DNA from: Vulcanimicrobiota bacterium
GTDB taxonomy: Bacteria; Vulcanimicrobiota; Vulcanimicrobiia; Vulcanimicrobiales; Vulcanimicrobiaceae
NCBI GenBank assembly: GCA_963795855.1
Contig: CAWCIZ010000004.1
Location: forward strand, 32,001 to 96,000
Reading direction: 5' to 3'
DNA: 64,000 nucleotides
Part shown: piece by piece, positions 26,266 through 36,790 of the stretch
Layout: every line of letters starts with the position of its first letter
Position numbering within the stretch: the stretch's first letter is position 1
Notes under the pieces: model-generated
Seen by the model: only the letters and a program-made list of their open reading frames with translations
Database searches by the model: none
What the model was told of the DNA's origin: nothing
Made by a program: the position numbers and the translations under genes

Positions 26266-28062
26266 ATGCACTTAACCGCGCTCGATTGGGTCATTATCGT
26301 CGTTTCGGTCGGCATCATGTTCGTGCCGGCCATCGTGCTTGCGCGGCGCGCGAGCAAAAACACGGCGGAGTTTTTTGCAGCGGGGCGGCAAGCACCGTGG
26401 TGGCTCATCGGCATCTCGCTCGTGGCGACGACGTTCAGCACCGATACGCCGAATCTCGTGACCAACATCGTGCGTCAGGGCGGCGTCGCCGGGAACTGGC
26501 AGTGGTGGGCGTTTCTCCTGACCGGCATGGCGACGGTGTTCTTCTATGCGCGGCTTTGGCGGCGCAGCGGCGTGCTGACCGATCTCGAGTTCTACGAAGC
26601 GCGCTATTCCGGTAAAGCGGCATCCTTCGTTCGCGGATTCCGCGCCGTCTATCTCGGGCTGTTTTTCAACTGCGTCATCATCGGAAGCGTCAGTTTGGCC
26701 GCATCGAAGATTGCGGGAATTCTGTTCGGCATTCCGCAGTGGGAGACGCTCGTCGTCGGCGGTTTGTTTCCCGTCGTGTTCGCGTCGATGTCGGGCTTGT
26801 GGGGCGTGATGGTGACGGACATGATTCAATTTTCCATCACGATGAGCAGCGCGTTCGCGGCGGCATACTTTGCCGTCAAGTTGCCGCAGATCGGCGGCCT
26901 GCACGGACTGTTTGCGCACATCGCGCAAACGCATCCGCAGTACCTGAGCATTCTGCCGAATTTCGCCGACTGGAAAACGAGCGCCGCGATATTCATCATT
27001 CCGCTCACCGTCGCTTGGTGGTCGTCCTGGTATCCCGGTGCCGAGCCGGGCGGCGGCAGCTATGTCGCGCAGCGAATGCTCTCGGCGAAAACGGAACGCG
27101 ATTCGGTCTTCGGGACACTGCTGTTCCAGGCGGCGCATTACGCGCTTCGGCCGTGGCCGTGGATCGTCGTTGCGCTGGCTTCGATGATCGTGTATCCGAG
27201 CGTCGGCGACATCGCGCGAAGTTTTCCGCACGTGCAGCACAAGTTGCTCGGCGACGACATCGCCTATCCCGCGATGCTCACGTTCCTTCCCGCTGGTTTT
27301 GCGGGCTTCATGGTTGCGGGGCTTTTCGCGGCGTATCGTTCTACGCTGGAAACGCATTTGAATTGGGGAACGTCCTACCTGGTCCACGACTTGTATCGCC
27401 GCTTCATCGGTCCGGGACGCAGCGAAAAGCACTACGTCTTTGTGGGACGCGTCGTCACCGTGTTGATCATGATTGCCGCAGGTTTGACGACGACGCTGCT
27501 GGACAATGCGAAGGAAGCCTTCGATCTGCTCTTGTCCATCGGCGCCGGAACGGGCCTGGTCTATCTGCTGCGCTGGTTCTGGTGGCGAATCAACGCTTGG
27601 ACGGAAGTGAGCGCAATGGCGGCGTCGTTTTTGGTTTCGGCAACGTTCTTCGCCCTCGCGAAAACCGGACATGCTGTCGAGGACAGCACCGTGCTGTTGA
27701 CGACCGTGGCCATTACCACGGTGGTTTGGGTCGCGACGACGTTCTTCACGCCCCCCGTGGACGAGACGACTCTCGACGCCTTCTACCTGAAAGTGCGGCC
27801 CGCGGGACCGGGCTGGGAGCGGGTTCGTCGCCGAACCGGCGGCGCACCATCGGCGGACAGCCTTCCCCAGGGTCTTCTCGGGTGGGTGCTCGGTCTGGTG
27901 TCGATCTACTCGGCCCTGTTCGGGACCGGTGCATACCTGTACGGCAACTGGACGCAAGCCGTCGTCTATACGGTGGTCTTCGTCGCAAGTGTGACGTGCT
28001 TAGTGCGACTCACGTCATCGACGTGGGGCTCGCGCGCGCCCGCAGCCGAGGTCCCGGCCTAA
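26266..28062 (+). CDS. Sodium:solute symporter family protein
   Basis: FFAAGRQAPWW, VATTFSTDTP, GNWQWW, EPGGGSYVAQRMLSA, RWFWWRINAW; start ATG 26266. Confidence 0.93.
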   Translation: MHLTALDWVIIVVSVGIMFVPAIVLARRASKNTAEFFAAGRQAPWWLIGISLVATTFSTDTPNLVTNIVRQGGVAGNWQWWAFLLTGMATVFFYARLWRRSGVLTDLEFYEARYSGKAASFVRGFRAVYLGLFFNCVIIGSVSLAASKIAGILFGIPQWETLVVGGLFPVVFASMSGLWGVMVTDMIQFSITMSSAFAAAYFAVKLPQIGGLHGLFAHIAQTHPQYLSILPNFADWKTSAAIFIIPLTVAWWSSWYPGAEPGGGSYVAQRMLSAKTERDSVFGTLLFQAAHYALRPWPWIVVALASMIVYPSVGDIARSFPHVQHKLLGDDIAYPAMLTFLPAGFAGFMVAGLFAAYRSTLETHLNWGTSYLVHDLYRRFIGPGRSEKHYVFVGRVVTVLIMIAAGLTTTLLDNAKEAFDLLLSIGAGTGLVYLLRWFWWRINAWTEVSAMAASFLVSATFFALAKTGHAVEDSTVLLTTVAITTVVWVATTFFTPPVDETTLDAFYLKVRPAGPGWERVRRRTGGAPSADSLPQGLLGWVLGLVSIYSALFGTGAYLYGNWTQAVVYTVVFVASVTCLVRLTSSTWGSRAPAAEVPA

Positions 28063-28199
28063 AAACCGTCGACTTCTCCACATCGCTCACAGGGCTGCGG
28101 CGTGCCGCTGTGGATAGTGCCGTCGTCGACGCAAAGCCGAAGAGGCGCTCGAGCAGCCCATAGTTAACCCCCGTCCGAATACTTTCGAGGAGCCGTATA

Positions 28200-29168
28200 T
28201 TGAAGAACTTCCGCCCGCTCATCGCCGCCGCGTGCGCAGCGGCCCTGTTGGCCGCCTGCTCGTCGAATTCGAGTTCGAAATCGTCTTCCGGCACCGCCGG
28301 CAGCCCTGCTTCGGGCCCCTCCGGCCCGGCGGCGAAAACGATCGGCGTTTCGATTCAAGACCTGGAAGCGCAGTTCTACCAGCAAATGGAAGCCGGCATG
28401 CAGTCGGAGGCCAAGAAGTACAACTACCGTCTCAGCTTCGTCGATGCCAACCGCGACAGTTCCAAACAGCAGTCGCAAGTGGAAGATTTCATCTCGAAGA
28501 GAGTCGACGCGATCGTGCTTACGCCGTACGACTCGCAAGCGATAGGCAGTGCAATCGCGGAAGCGAACCAAGCCAAGATTCCGGTCTTCACCGCCGACAT
28601 TGCGAACGCAAGCAAACAGGGCAAGGTCGTCGCTCACGTTGCTTCCGATAACGTGCAGGGCGGCGAGATGGCGGCCTCGCTGATGTGCAAAGCGATCGGC
28701 GGTTCGGGCGAGATTGCGATTCTCGACGAGCCGGAAGTCACGAGCGTGCAGGATCGCGTCAAAGGCTTCAAAGCCGGTATCGCGCAGAAGTGTCCGAACG
28801 CGAAGATCGTTGCGGAAGTGGATTCCGGCGGAACGCGCGACAAAGCGAACTCCGACATGAGCGACATTCTGCAGGCGCACAAGAATCTCAAAGGCGTCTT
28901 CGGCATCAACGACGACACGGCTTTGGGAGCGGCGACGGCGATTCGCGCGGCAGCCGTTTCCAACATTGCAGTCGTCGGATACGATGCGACGCCTGAAGCG
29001 CGCACCGCAATCAGAAACGGTCAGATGTACGGCGACGCGATTCAGTACCCCGAAAAAATCGGCGCGCTGACGATCGACGCGATCCATGACTATTTCAGCG
29101 GAAAGAAAGTGCCGGCGCGCATAGCCGTGCCGGTCGGCACGTTTACCAAGGCGGACGCGACCAAGTAG
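28200..29168 (+). CDS. Sugar ABC transporter substrate-binding lipoprotein (RbsB-like)
   Basis: Lipobox LLAAC; QVEDFI, SDNVQGG, DRVKGF, INDDTALGA, VVGYD. Confidence 0.9.
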   Translation: MKNFRPLIAAACAAALLAACSSNSSSKSSSGTAGSPASGPSGPAAKTIGVSIQDLEAQFYQQMEAGMQSEAKKYNYRLSFVDANRDSSKQQSQVEDFISKRVDAIVLTPYDSQAIGSAIAEANQAKIPVFTADIANASKQGKVVAHVASDNVQGGEMAASLMCKAIGGSGEIAILDEPEVTSVQDRVKGFKAGIAQKCPNAKIVAEVDSGGTRDKANSDMSDILQAHKNLKGVFGINDDTALGAATAIRAAAVSNIAVVGYDATPEARTAIRNGQMYGDAIQYPEKIGALTIDAIHDYFSGKKVPARIAVPVGTFTKADATK

Positions 29169-30678
29169 TTGGAACGCTCCGGCACACCGCTGCTCGAAAT
29201 GCGCGACATCGGGAAAAGCTTTCCCGGTGTTCGCGCCCTTAACGGCGTCACGCTCGATTTGCGCGCGGGCGAAGTGCTCGCGCTCGTCGGTGAGAACGGC
29301 GCGGGCAAATCGACGCTGATGAAAATTTTGGCAGGTGCGCAACCCGCCGACCAGGGCGAGATTTTCGTGGACGGAAAGGCGGCCGGCGTTCTGCTCGCCG
29401 CGCAAAGCCGAAGAACTCGGCGTCGGCATGATCTATCAGGAATTCAACCTCGTTCCGACGCTGAATGCGATCGACAACATCGTGCTGGGTTACGAACCGT
29501 CGAGCGGACCGTTCATCAACGAACGGGCCGCGCGCGAACGGGCGACGGGCGTCTTCGCGGAACTCGGCATCACGCTGCCGCTGAACGTCGAGGCCGCGCA
29601 GCTCTCGGTCGCGCAGCAGCAGATGATCGAGATAGCCAAAGTGCTTTCGCGCCACGCTCGCATCATCGTGATGGACGAGCCGAGCGCCGCGCTCACCGAT
29701 CGCGAGATCGATCGCTTGTTCGCGATCATCAAAGCGCTCAAAGCCAAAGGCACCGGCATCATCTACATCTCCCACCGGCTCGAGGAATTGCCGCGAATCG
29801 CGGATCGCGTGACCGTGATGCGTGACGGCCGCGTCATCGAAACGCGGACGATTGGCGATTTCACGCCGGACGACATCGTGCGAGCGATGGTCGGGCGCCG
29901 CCTGGATGCGCATTTTCCGGACTTGCCGCCCGTTGCGCCGGAGGCGCCCGTCGCGCTTTGCGTGCGCGCGTTGTCCCGCCCGCCGCGCGTGAACGGCGTT
30001 TCGTTCGAGGTCCGCCGCGGCGAGATCGTGGGCCTCGCCGGCCTGGTTGGAGCGGGGCGAACCGAGATCGTTCGCGCGATCGCGGGTGCCGACACGCCGG
30101 CTTCAGGCGAGATCGAGATAGAAGGCAGCACCCTTCGCGCGCGCAATCCGCGTGACGGCATTTCCGCGGGCATCGCGTTCATCACCGAGGATCGCAAAGC
30201 GCAAGGCCTCGTTCTCGGCATGAGCGTGCGCGAAAACGTCACGCTCGCGCACCTCGGACAGTTCGTCAATCGCGAATTGCTGATCGACCAAAGCAAAGAG
30301 GAAGACGTCACCGACCAGTACATCGAGGAACTGCGCATACGCACGCCCAGCGCCGAACAAACCGTTAGAAATCTTTCGGGCGGAAACCAGCAAAAGGTCG
30401 TCCTGGCGAAATGGCTTCTGGGCAAAGCCAAAATCTTTCTTTTCGACGAGCCGACACGCGGCATCGACGTAGGCGCGAAAGCCGAAATTTACAACCTCAT
30501 GGTCAAACTCGTGCAGGGCGGCGCGGCAATCGTCATGGTGAGCAGCGAACTGCCCGAAGTGCTTGGCATGTCGCACCGCATCCTCGTGATTCGCGACGGC
30601 CGCATCGCGCGCGAACTCTCGCGCGCCGAAGCAACACCCGACGCGGTGATCGCCGCGGCCACCGGAGCAGCCGCATAA
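29169..30678 (+). CDS. Sugar ABC transporter ATP-binding protein (RbsA-like; frameshift near 29385)
   Basis: [53 protein letters not shown] across two ORFs. Confidence 0.92.
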
Positions 30679-31730
30679 TGCAAGAAGCACGGGTTCAAGC
30701 CGAACTCACGCAAAACCTCAAGGAAGAAAAACAGAAGCAGACGCGCGCGTACTGGATTCGCGTCGGTGCGGCGATCGCGCTGCTCGTCGTCATCGCGCTC
30801 CTCGTCAACGTCGCTTCGAAAGGCTCGTTCCTCGAGCCGCGCAACATCATCAACGTCCTGCGCCAGATCACGTACGGCTGCATCCTGGCCGTCGGCGAAA
30901 CGTTCGTAATCATCACCGCAGGCATCGACCTCTCCGTCGGCTCGCTGGTTTCGCTCAGCGGCGTCGTTATGGCGATGTTCGCAAACTCGCTGCACGTCGG
31001 CGGTCTGCCGCTGGTCGTCGCAACGTTATGCATCGGTCTCGCGCTCGGCGCGGCAGCCGGTTTCGTCAACGCCGTCCCGGTCGTCAAACTGAATTTGCCG
31101 CCTTTCATCACGACGCTCGCGATGATGCTCATCGCCGAAGGGTTGTCGTTCAAACTTTCGCACGGGCGTCCCGTGCCGCTGAACAGCCCGGACTTTCAAA
31201 ATACCGGCATCGGTTTTTTCTTGGGCCAACTGTTTACCAGTTTGCATCTGCCGGGCTTGCCGAACCCCGTCATTTGGATGATCGTCATCGTGATCGGCTG
31301 TTCCGTGCTGCTCATGCGCACCAAGTTCGGGCGCTATGTCTTTGCGCTCGGCGGCAACGAGGAAGCCGCGCGACTAGCGGGCGTTAACGTCGCGCGAGTG
31401 AAAACGATGGTGTACGTCATCAGCGGCATGTGCGCGGCGGTAGCCGGCTTCTTGCTCATGGCGCTGTTTTCATCGGGATCTCCGCAGACCGGAACGGGCG
31501 ACGAAATGCTGGAAGCCATCGCCGCCGTCGTGGTCGGCGGCACGAGCCTGATGGGCGGCCGCGGCACGATTGTGGGTACGTTCTTCGGCGCACTGCTGAT
31601 CGGTATGCTCTATAACGTGATGAACCTCATCGGCATCGAATCCTACACGCAAAAGATCGTCCTCGGCGCGGTCATTCTGCTCGCGGTCGTGATCGACGAA
31701 CTGCGCAAGCGGTACCTGCGCAAGGCTTGA
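30678..31730 (+). CDS. Sugar ABC transporter permease (RbsC-like)
   Basis: GIDLSVGS, PPFITTL, GGNEEAARLAG, IAAVVVGGTSLMGGRG. Confidence 0.93.
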   Translation: MQEARVQAELTQNLKEEKQKQTRAYWIRVGAAIALLVVIALLVNVASKGSFLEPRNIINVLRQITYGCILAVGETFVIITAGIDLSVGSLVSLSGVVMAMFANSLHVGGLPLVVATLCIGLALGAAAGFVNAVPVVKLNLPPFITTLAMMLIAEGLSFKLSHGRPVPLNSPDFQNTGIGFFLGQLFTSLHLPGLPNPVIWMIVIVIGCSVLLMRTKFGRYVFALGGNEEAARLAGVNVARVKTMVYVISGMCAAVAGFLLMALFSSGSPQTGTGDEMLEAIAAVVVGGTSLMGGRGTIVGTFFGALLIGMLYNVMNLIGIESYTQKIVLGAVILLAVVIDELRKRYLRKA

Positions 31731-33658
31731 GCCGGCAGATGGCGACGCATGCCGGCGAAGCCCAGCCGCACGAGCCGGTTCGGGCGCGCCGCAATCGCAC
31801 GGAACCGCTCAGCGCGCTCTCGCTCGCCGCGCTCGGCGTGGTGTTCGGCGACATCGGCACGAGCCCGCTGTATGCGTTCCAGCAATGTTTCACCGGAGAG
31901 TTTCCGGCAGCGGTCACGCCGCACAACGTGCTGGGCATTCTCTCGCTGATATTTTGGGCGCTGATCATCGTGGTGTGTGTCAAATACGTCGGCTTTCTGC
32001 TGCGAGCCGATTACGACGGGCAAGGCGGCACGCTGGCTTTGCTGGCACAGCTGATTCCGCCCAAGCGCGCGGCCACGCCGATGGGTTTGGGCGGGCTGGC
32101 ACTGCTCGTACTCTTCGGATCGTCGATGCTTTACGGGGACGGCGCAATTACTCCGGCGATCTCGGTCATCTCCGCGATCGAAGGGCTCGACGTCTGGACC
32201 ACGGCGGCTCATCCATATATCGTTCCGCTCGCCGTCATCATTCTGGTCGGGCTGTTCGCAGTGCAGAAGCGAGGAACGGGGCGCATCGGCATTTTGTTCG
32301 GGCCGATCATGCTGCTGTGGTTTGCGGTGCTGGCGGCGTTGGGCGTGTTCGGAATAATGCACGCGCCGCGCGTTTTGGCCGCCGTAAATCCGGCGTTTGC
32401 GGTCGAGTTCTTCATGCGAAACGGTTTTCGGAGCTTACTGATTCTCGGCGCCGTCGTGCTGTGCGTGACGGGAGTTGAGGCGCTTTATGCCGATCTCGCG
32501 CACTTCGGGCGCAAGCCGATCACGCTCGCATGGGCGATCGGCGTGCTGCCGGCGCTGCTGCTGAATTATTTTGGCCAAGGGGCGCTGACGCTGGCGCAGC
32601 CGCGCGCGATCGTCTCACCGTTCTTCACGCTCGTCCCGCGCTGGGGATTGGTCCCAATGGTGTTCCTCGCGACGATTGCGACGGTTATCGCTTCGCAGGC
32701 GCTGATTTCGGGCGTGTTCTCGCTCACGCAGCAAGCGATGCAGTTGGGATATACGCCGCGCTTTCGTATAGTGCACACCTCGCGGCACTTCGCCGGGCAG
32801 ATTTACATGCCGTCCATCAACACCATGCTAGGCATCATCTGCATCGTTCTCGTCATCACCTTCCGCTCTTCGGAAAAACTCGGAGGCGCCTACGGGCTTG
32901 CGGTGACGATCACTATGCTCACGACGACGATTGCGTTCGCGGGTTTGCTGCAGAAGCGCTGGAACTGGCCCCTGTGGCAGTGGCTGCCGCTCATCGCGTT
33001 GTTCCTGGTTTGGGAACTTGCGTTTCTCATCGGCAACGCTTCAAAATTCATCTCCGGCGGCTGGGTTCCGTTCGCCATCGCGCTGGCGCTATTCACGCTA
33101 TTTACGACGTGGAATCGCGGGCGCCGCCGGTTAATGGCCGGCGTGCTGCATCACGCAATGCCCGTCGAGCAATTTCTCAAAGAGGCAAAGGAGAAGACGG
33201 CGCTCAGCGGCACCGCGTTCTTCCTCAGCCCGGACCCGCATGGGATTCCGTTCGTGCTGCACCATCGCTGGATGCGCAGCCACATCATGTACGATACGAT
33301 CGTGCTGCTCACCATCATGCACGCGTCGCAGCCTTTCGTGGCTTCGGAAAAGCGCGTCGACGTCGAGCAACTCACTCCGCGCTTACTGCGCGTCAAAGCG
33401 TGGTACGGATTCATGCAGGAGCCGAACATTCGCGACATCCTGCATCATCTGCGCAAACGGCTGCCGAACGTGGACTTCTCCGAACCGACGTATTACCTCG
33501 CGAGGCCGGCGATTCGTGAAGATCATAGTCCGCAAGGTTTGCCGAATTGGCAACGCAACCTGTTCCGCTGGATGAATCGCAACGCGCGGCCGCTTACCGA
33601 TTCTCTCGGGCTTCCCGCGAATAACGTGATCGAGTTCGGCGTCGAGGTGAAGATCTAG
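31727..33658 (+). CDS. kup: KUP/HAK/KT potassium uptake protein
   Basis: ALGVVFGDIGTSPLYA, YGDGAITPAISVISAIEGL, TGVEALYADLAHFG, IASQALISG, GQIYMP. Confidence 0.96.
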   Translation: MSRQMATHAGEAQPHEPVRARRNRTEPLSALSLAALGVVFGDIGTSPLYAFQQCFTGEFPAAVTPHNVLGILSLIFWALIIVVCVKYVGFLLRADYDGQGGTLALLAQLIPPKRAATPMGLGGLALLVLFGSSMLYGDGAITPAISVISAIEGLDVWTTAAHPYIVPLAVIILVGLFAVQKRGTGRIGILFGPIMLLWFAVLAALGVFGIMHAPRVLAAVNPAFAVEFFMRNGFRSLLILGAVVLCVTGVEALYADLAHFGRKPITLAWAIGVLPALLLNYFGQGALTLAQPRAIVSPFFTLVPRWGLVPMVFLATIATVIASQALISGVFSLTQQAMQLGYTPRFRIVHTSRHFAGQIYMPSINTMLGIICIVLVITFRSSEKLGGAYGLAVTITMLTTTIAFAGLLQKRWNWPLWQWLPLIALFLVWELAFLIGNASKFISGGWVPFAIALALFTLFTTWNRGRRRLMAGVLHHAMPVEQFLKEAKEKTALSGTAFFLSPDPHGIPFVLHHRWMRSHIMYDTIVLLTIMHASQPFVASEKRVDVEQLTPRLLRVKAWYGFMQEPNIRDILHHLRKRLPNVDFSEPTYYLARPAIREDHSPQGLPNWQRNLFRWMNRNARPLTDSLGLPANNVIEFGVEVKI

Positions 33659-33662
33659 CGGC

Positions 33663-34321
33663 TTAGAACGGAAACTCCGAATCGGCGAGACCGACGTTCG
33701 TCTTCAGGTCGGCAAACGTTTCGTCCGCGACGATCTTCTCGCCCACGTACCGCACCTGCCGCACCGGCCAATGCGTTTGTTTGTTCAAATACATCGTCAT
33801 GCGAGTCACGCCGCCGGTTGAAGAAGGATCGGCGACTTTGAGATCCACTTCGTCGGTCGCCATGCCGTCGATCTGCGGGCCGACCCGTTGCGAGAGTCGC
33901 CCTTTATGTTTTTGTACTTGTCCACTTCGTTTTGAAGCAGGCCGTCGGGAATCGTATATCCCCGCAACGAAACCGCCCGCGAATCGTGCAGGCCGACCTT
34001 CAGGTGGATGAACGAAAGCATGCCGCCTTGGTGCCCGGAGACGTGATCGCCGCCGTTCCACACGCCGCCGCTGCCGCTGCCGTCGCCGCTGACGATCAGC
34101 GTCTTCGCCAAGTTCGGGCGCTTGAACCAGTAGTGGTACGTGCGATCCTGCGTGCGATCGCCCGTGGTTTCGTGCGCGCGAACGGTAACCGTATAGTCGT
34201 TGACTTTCGCGAACGCATCGTCGAACGCACCTATCGCCGGCGCGCCGGCGGCAGCCACGGTCAGCGGCGCCAGCGCCAATGCCAAGACGTAAACGGCAAA
34301 TAGCAATCGGCCAGCGTTCAT
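33663..34321 (-). CDS. Secreted LolA-like / outer-membrane lipoprotein-sorting family protein (frameshift near 33897)
   Basis: Signal peptide; KVNDYTVT...YWFKRPNL...VWNGG; C-terminal YLNKQTHWPVR...FADLKTNVGLADSEF. Confidence 0.65.
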
Positions 34322-34346
34322 GTTGCCTCCATGAGCCGAAGAGCGG

Positions 34347-34988
34347 CTATGGAGAAACGTTCTCCTGAGGCTGCGCGGTTCCGCCTGCGCGTGCCGCAGT
34401 GTCGACCAAAAGCGTCCCGTGCTTGCCTTCGACGCCGATCAGCACGTCGCACTTTGCGTTTGCGGCGATTTGCTCTATGTCGCGCCCGAGAGGCGCGCCG
34501 GTATACTTTCCTTCGCGGTACGACCCCATCATGATGAGGTGCGCGCGTTCGCGCTTGGCGACGTCCAACACCGCTTGCGCGGTCTCGCGCGCCTTGATGA
34601 TTTCCGTGCGGATCGACATGCCGTGGTTCATCGCTAGCGTTTCGGCGGCGCCGAGAGCATCGAGGGCGAGGCGTTCCTCGGCGGCCATCGAGGCGTCCGG
34701 CGGAAGCGTGAACGGCACTTCGACGACGTAGATCGCGAGCACGTCGGACTTGGCACCGCGAGCCAGTTTCGTCACCAACGCCATCATGTGGCCGGATTCG
34801 ATGTCCGGCGAAAAAACGACGACGATGCTTCCGACGAGGCGCTCGAGTTCCGTTTCCGCCCGTTTGGCGAGCTTCTGCACGAACGATGCCGGCGGATGCA
34901 GCATCCACCAGAGCGTCGCACCCACGGCGGCGGCGAGCAGCAATGCAATCGCAGCGCCGGCGAGCGAAACCGTTACGGCGTTCGTCAC
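34347..34988 (-). CDS. Universal stress protein (USP) domain protein with N-terminal TM
   Basis: AIYVVEVPFTLP...AVLDVAKRERAHLIMMGS...LGRDIEQIAANAKCDVLI. Confidence 0.85.
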   Translation of the reverse strand: MTNAVTVSLAGAAIALLLAAAVGATLWWMLHPPASFVQKLAKRAETELERLVGSIVVVFSPDIESGHMMALVTKLARGAKSDVLAIYVVEVPFTLPPDASMAAEERLALDALGAAETLAMNHGMSIRTEIIKARETAQAVLDVAKRERAHLIMMGSYREGKYTGAPLGRDIEQIAANAKCDVLIGVEGKHGTLLVDTAARAGGTAQPQENVSP

Positions 34989-35170
34989 CGCTGTGCTCGC
35001 CGCAGTCGCGCGTAAAGAAGAAGCCGGTAGATGCCTAAAGATGCGAGCGCCGCGCCGAGAATGATGCCGCTCGCCGTCTGCCAGTGCAACCCCGCCGCGA
35101 GCAACCGAACGACGATCGCCAAGCCGAGTACGACGTACAACGCGTAGAAAATCAGGCGCGCGCCGATCAC
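34985..35170 (-). CDS. Small 2-TM membrane protein
   Basis: 61 aa, hydrophobic; GTGA overlaps with both neighbours. Confidence 0.7.
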   Translation of the reverse strand: MIGARLIFYALYVVLGLAIVVRLLAAGLHWQTASGIILGAALASLGIYRLLLYARLRRAQR

Positions 35171-36786
35171 GGAACGCCCGCCGTTTCCGCGGAAGCGTTG
35201 CGGCTGCGCAGGTTTTCCAGATACTCGTCCATCAGCTCCAGTTCACCCGCATTGCGCAGAATGTCGACTTGCCGGTTCGGAAAGTCGTGCTGCTGCGAGC
35301 GGAACACGGGCAAGCCTTTGCGTTTGCGGTATAGGAGATACAAGATGAATCCGGCCACGAGCCAAAACGGCCCGGCGACGCGGCCGATGTCGTGCGTGAT
35401 GAGCGTAAACGCGAGAATGGCGGCGATCCCGAAGAACCCGAGAAGACCGATGATCGGAAATTCGACGCGTTCCCCGCGGAATCGCATCGGAATGTTGAAC
35501 GGGATCTTGAACTTGCGCGGACTGAGCGGATCCGTGAAGCGGAGGCCGATGAGCGCGAGGAACACGAACGAATAGCTCGTCGCGGCGCCGAACGCATAGA
35601 GGTCGCCCAAAAACGTGATGCCGTCCTCGCCGTGAAACAGGCGATTGTAGACGGCGCGCGCGGATGGATCGAGACCCGGAAGGGCGGCAAATACGAGTTC
35701 GACGAGCGCGAGCGCGCAGAACGTGACGATAGAGATGACCGGCGTGCGAAAGCGCTTGTGCACGCGCGTGAAAATTGAAGGCAGTAAATTCGCGCTGCTC
35801 ATCGCGTACGCGATACGCGAACTGCCGAAAACGCCGGAATTACTCGAGATGAGCAGCAGGATGGCGCCCAAAATCGGGACGTAAAATTGCGCGAGGAATC
35901 CCCAATACGGAACCTGTGCGGCGAGCAGCGCAACGCCCTTGCCTTGGTTGTCGCTGTTGTTCGGGAATATCTGCCAAAAAGCCAGCGCGTGGCCGTGCGC
36001 GTCGGCGATCGGATGCCAGGGATGCATTCCGAGCGCGAGGTTCGAGTACCCAAGCGCAAAGATTAGGATTGTGAGAATCAGTGCAATCGACGTGCGCGGA
36101 ATGACCGAAGCCGGACGCTGCGTTTCCTGCGCCGCTTGCGAAATCGATTCGAGCCCGACGAAGGAGATGATCGCCAGCGAGACGCCCTGCATCAATGCGA
36201 ACGGCGAAGGCCACGCAGAATTCATCGTGTGGACGAGCAGTTGCGGATCGAAGGCGAACAGAAAACCGAAGCACAGAATGAGCGTTTCGCTGATCACGTC
36301 GATTGCGCTGACCGAACCCTGAAATGCGGTGCTTTCGCGCACTCCGACGACGTTCAGTAAGCACAGCCCGCCGATGAGAACGGCCACGACGATGAAATGC
36401 ACCCACGGATGCGCCGAAGAAACGAACACCGGCACGAGCTGCGAGAGATAGTCCACGCACGACCACGCGAAGAGCGTGACGTCGATCGTGAAGTCGAGCA
36501 GCACGGCCCAACCGGCAATGAAGCCGAAGACGTCGCCCAGGCCGCGCATGACGAAGTACTGACCGCCGCCGGCTACGGGATACGCCGCAGCGAGTTCGGT
36601 GTACGCGAGCCCGATGCAAACGTAGACCGCGCCCGCGAAAAGGAAAGCAACGTTCGACGCACCGGCAGCGTAGGCCAGCACCAGGCCGAGGCCGATGAAA
36701 ATGTCCGCGCCGACGTCGGAATAGCCCCAGGCGAACGAGCCCCACGGCGTAACCGCGCGTCGGAGTTGCGGTTCCTTTTTGCGCAT
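35167..36786 (-). CDS. APC superfamily permease
   Basis: AYTELAAAYPVAGG, GFIAGWAVLLDF, SFVGLESISQAAQE, SRIAYAMS, HKRFRTP; ~12 TM. Confidence 0.92.
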   Translation of the reverse strand: MRKKEPQLRRAVTPWGSFAWGYSDVGADIFIGLGLVLAYAAGASNVAFLFAGAVYVCIGLAYTELAAAYPVAGGGQYFVMRGLGDVFGFIAGWAVLLDFTIDVTLFAWSCVDYLSQLVPVFVSSAHPWVHFIVVAVLIGGLCLLNVVGVRESTAFQGSVSAIDVISETLILCFGFLFAFDPQLLVHTMNSAWPSPFALMQGVSLAIISFVGLESISQAAQETQRPASVIPRTSIALILTILIFALGYSNLALGMHPWHPIADAHGHALAFWQIFPNNSDNQGKGVALLAAQVPYWGFLAQFYVPILGAILLLISSNSGVFGSSRIAYAMSSANLLPSIFTRVHKRFRTPVISIVTFCALALVELVFAALPGLDPSARAVYNRLFHGEDGITFLGDLYAFGAATSYSFVFLALIGLRFTDPLSPRKFKIPFNIPMRFRGERVEFPIIGLLGFFGIAAILAFTLITHDIGRVAGPFWLVAGFILYLLYRKRKGLPVFRSQQHDFPNRQVDILRNAGELELMDEYLENLRSRNASAETAGVP

Positions 36787-36790
36787 GCCG

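Noticed and set aside
26272..27957. Long antisense ORFs (also 28164-29429, 47519-49423, 50547-52058, 52114-53550)
   Set aside because: Shadows of well-supported genes in high-GC DNA, with no recognisable motifs.
29380..29400. Programmed ribosomal frameshifting in split genes
   Set aside because: No consistent slippery sequence, and the breaks are scattered across unrelated genes.
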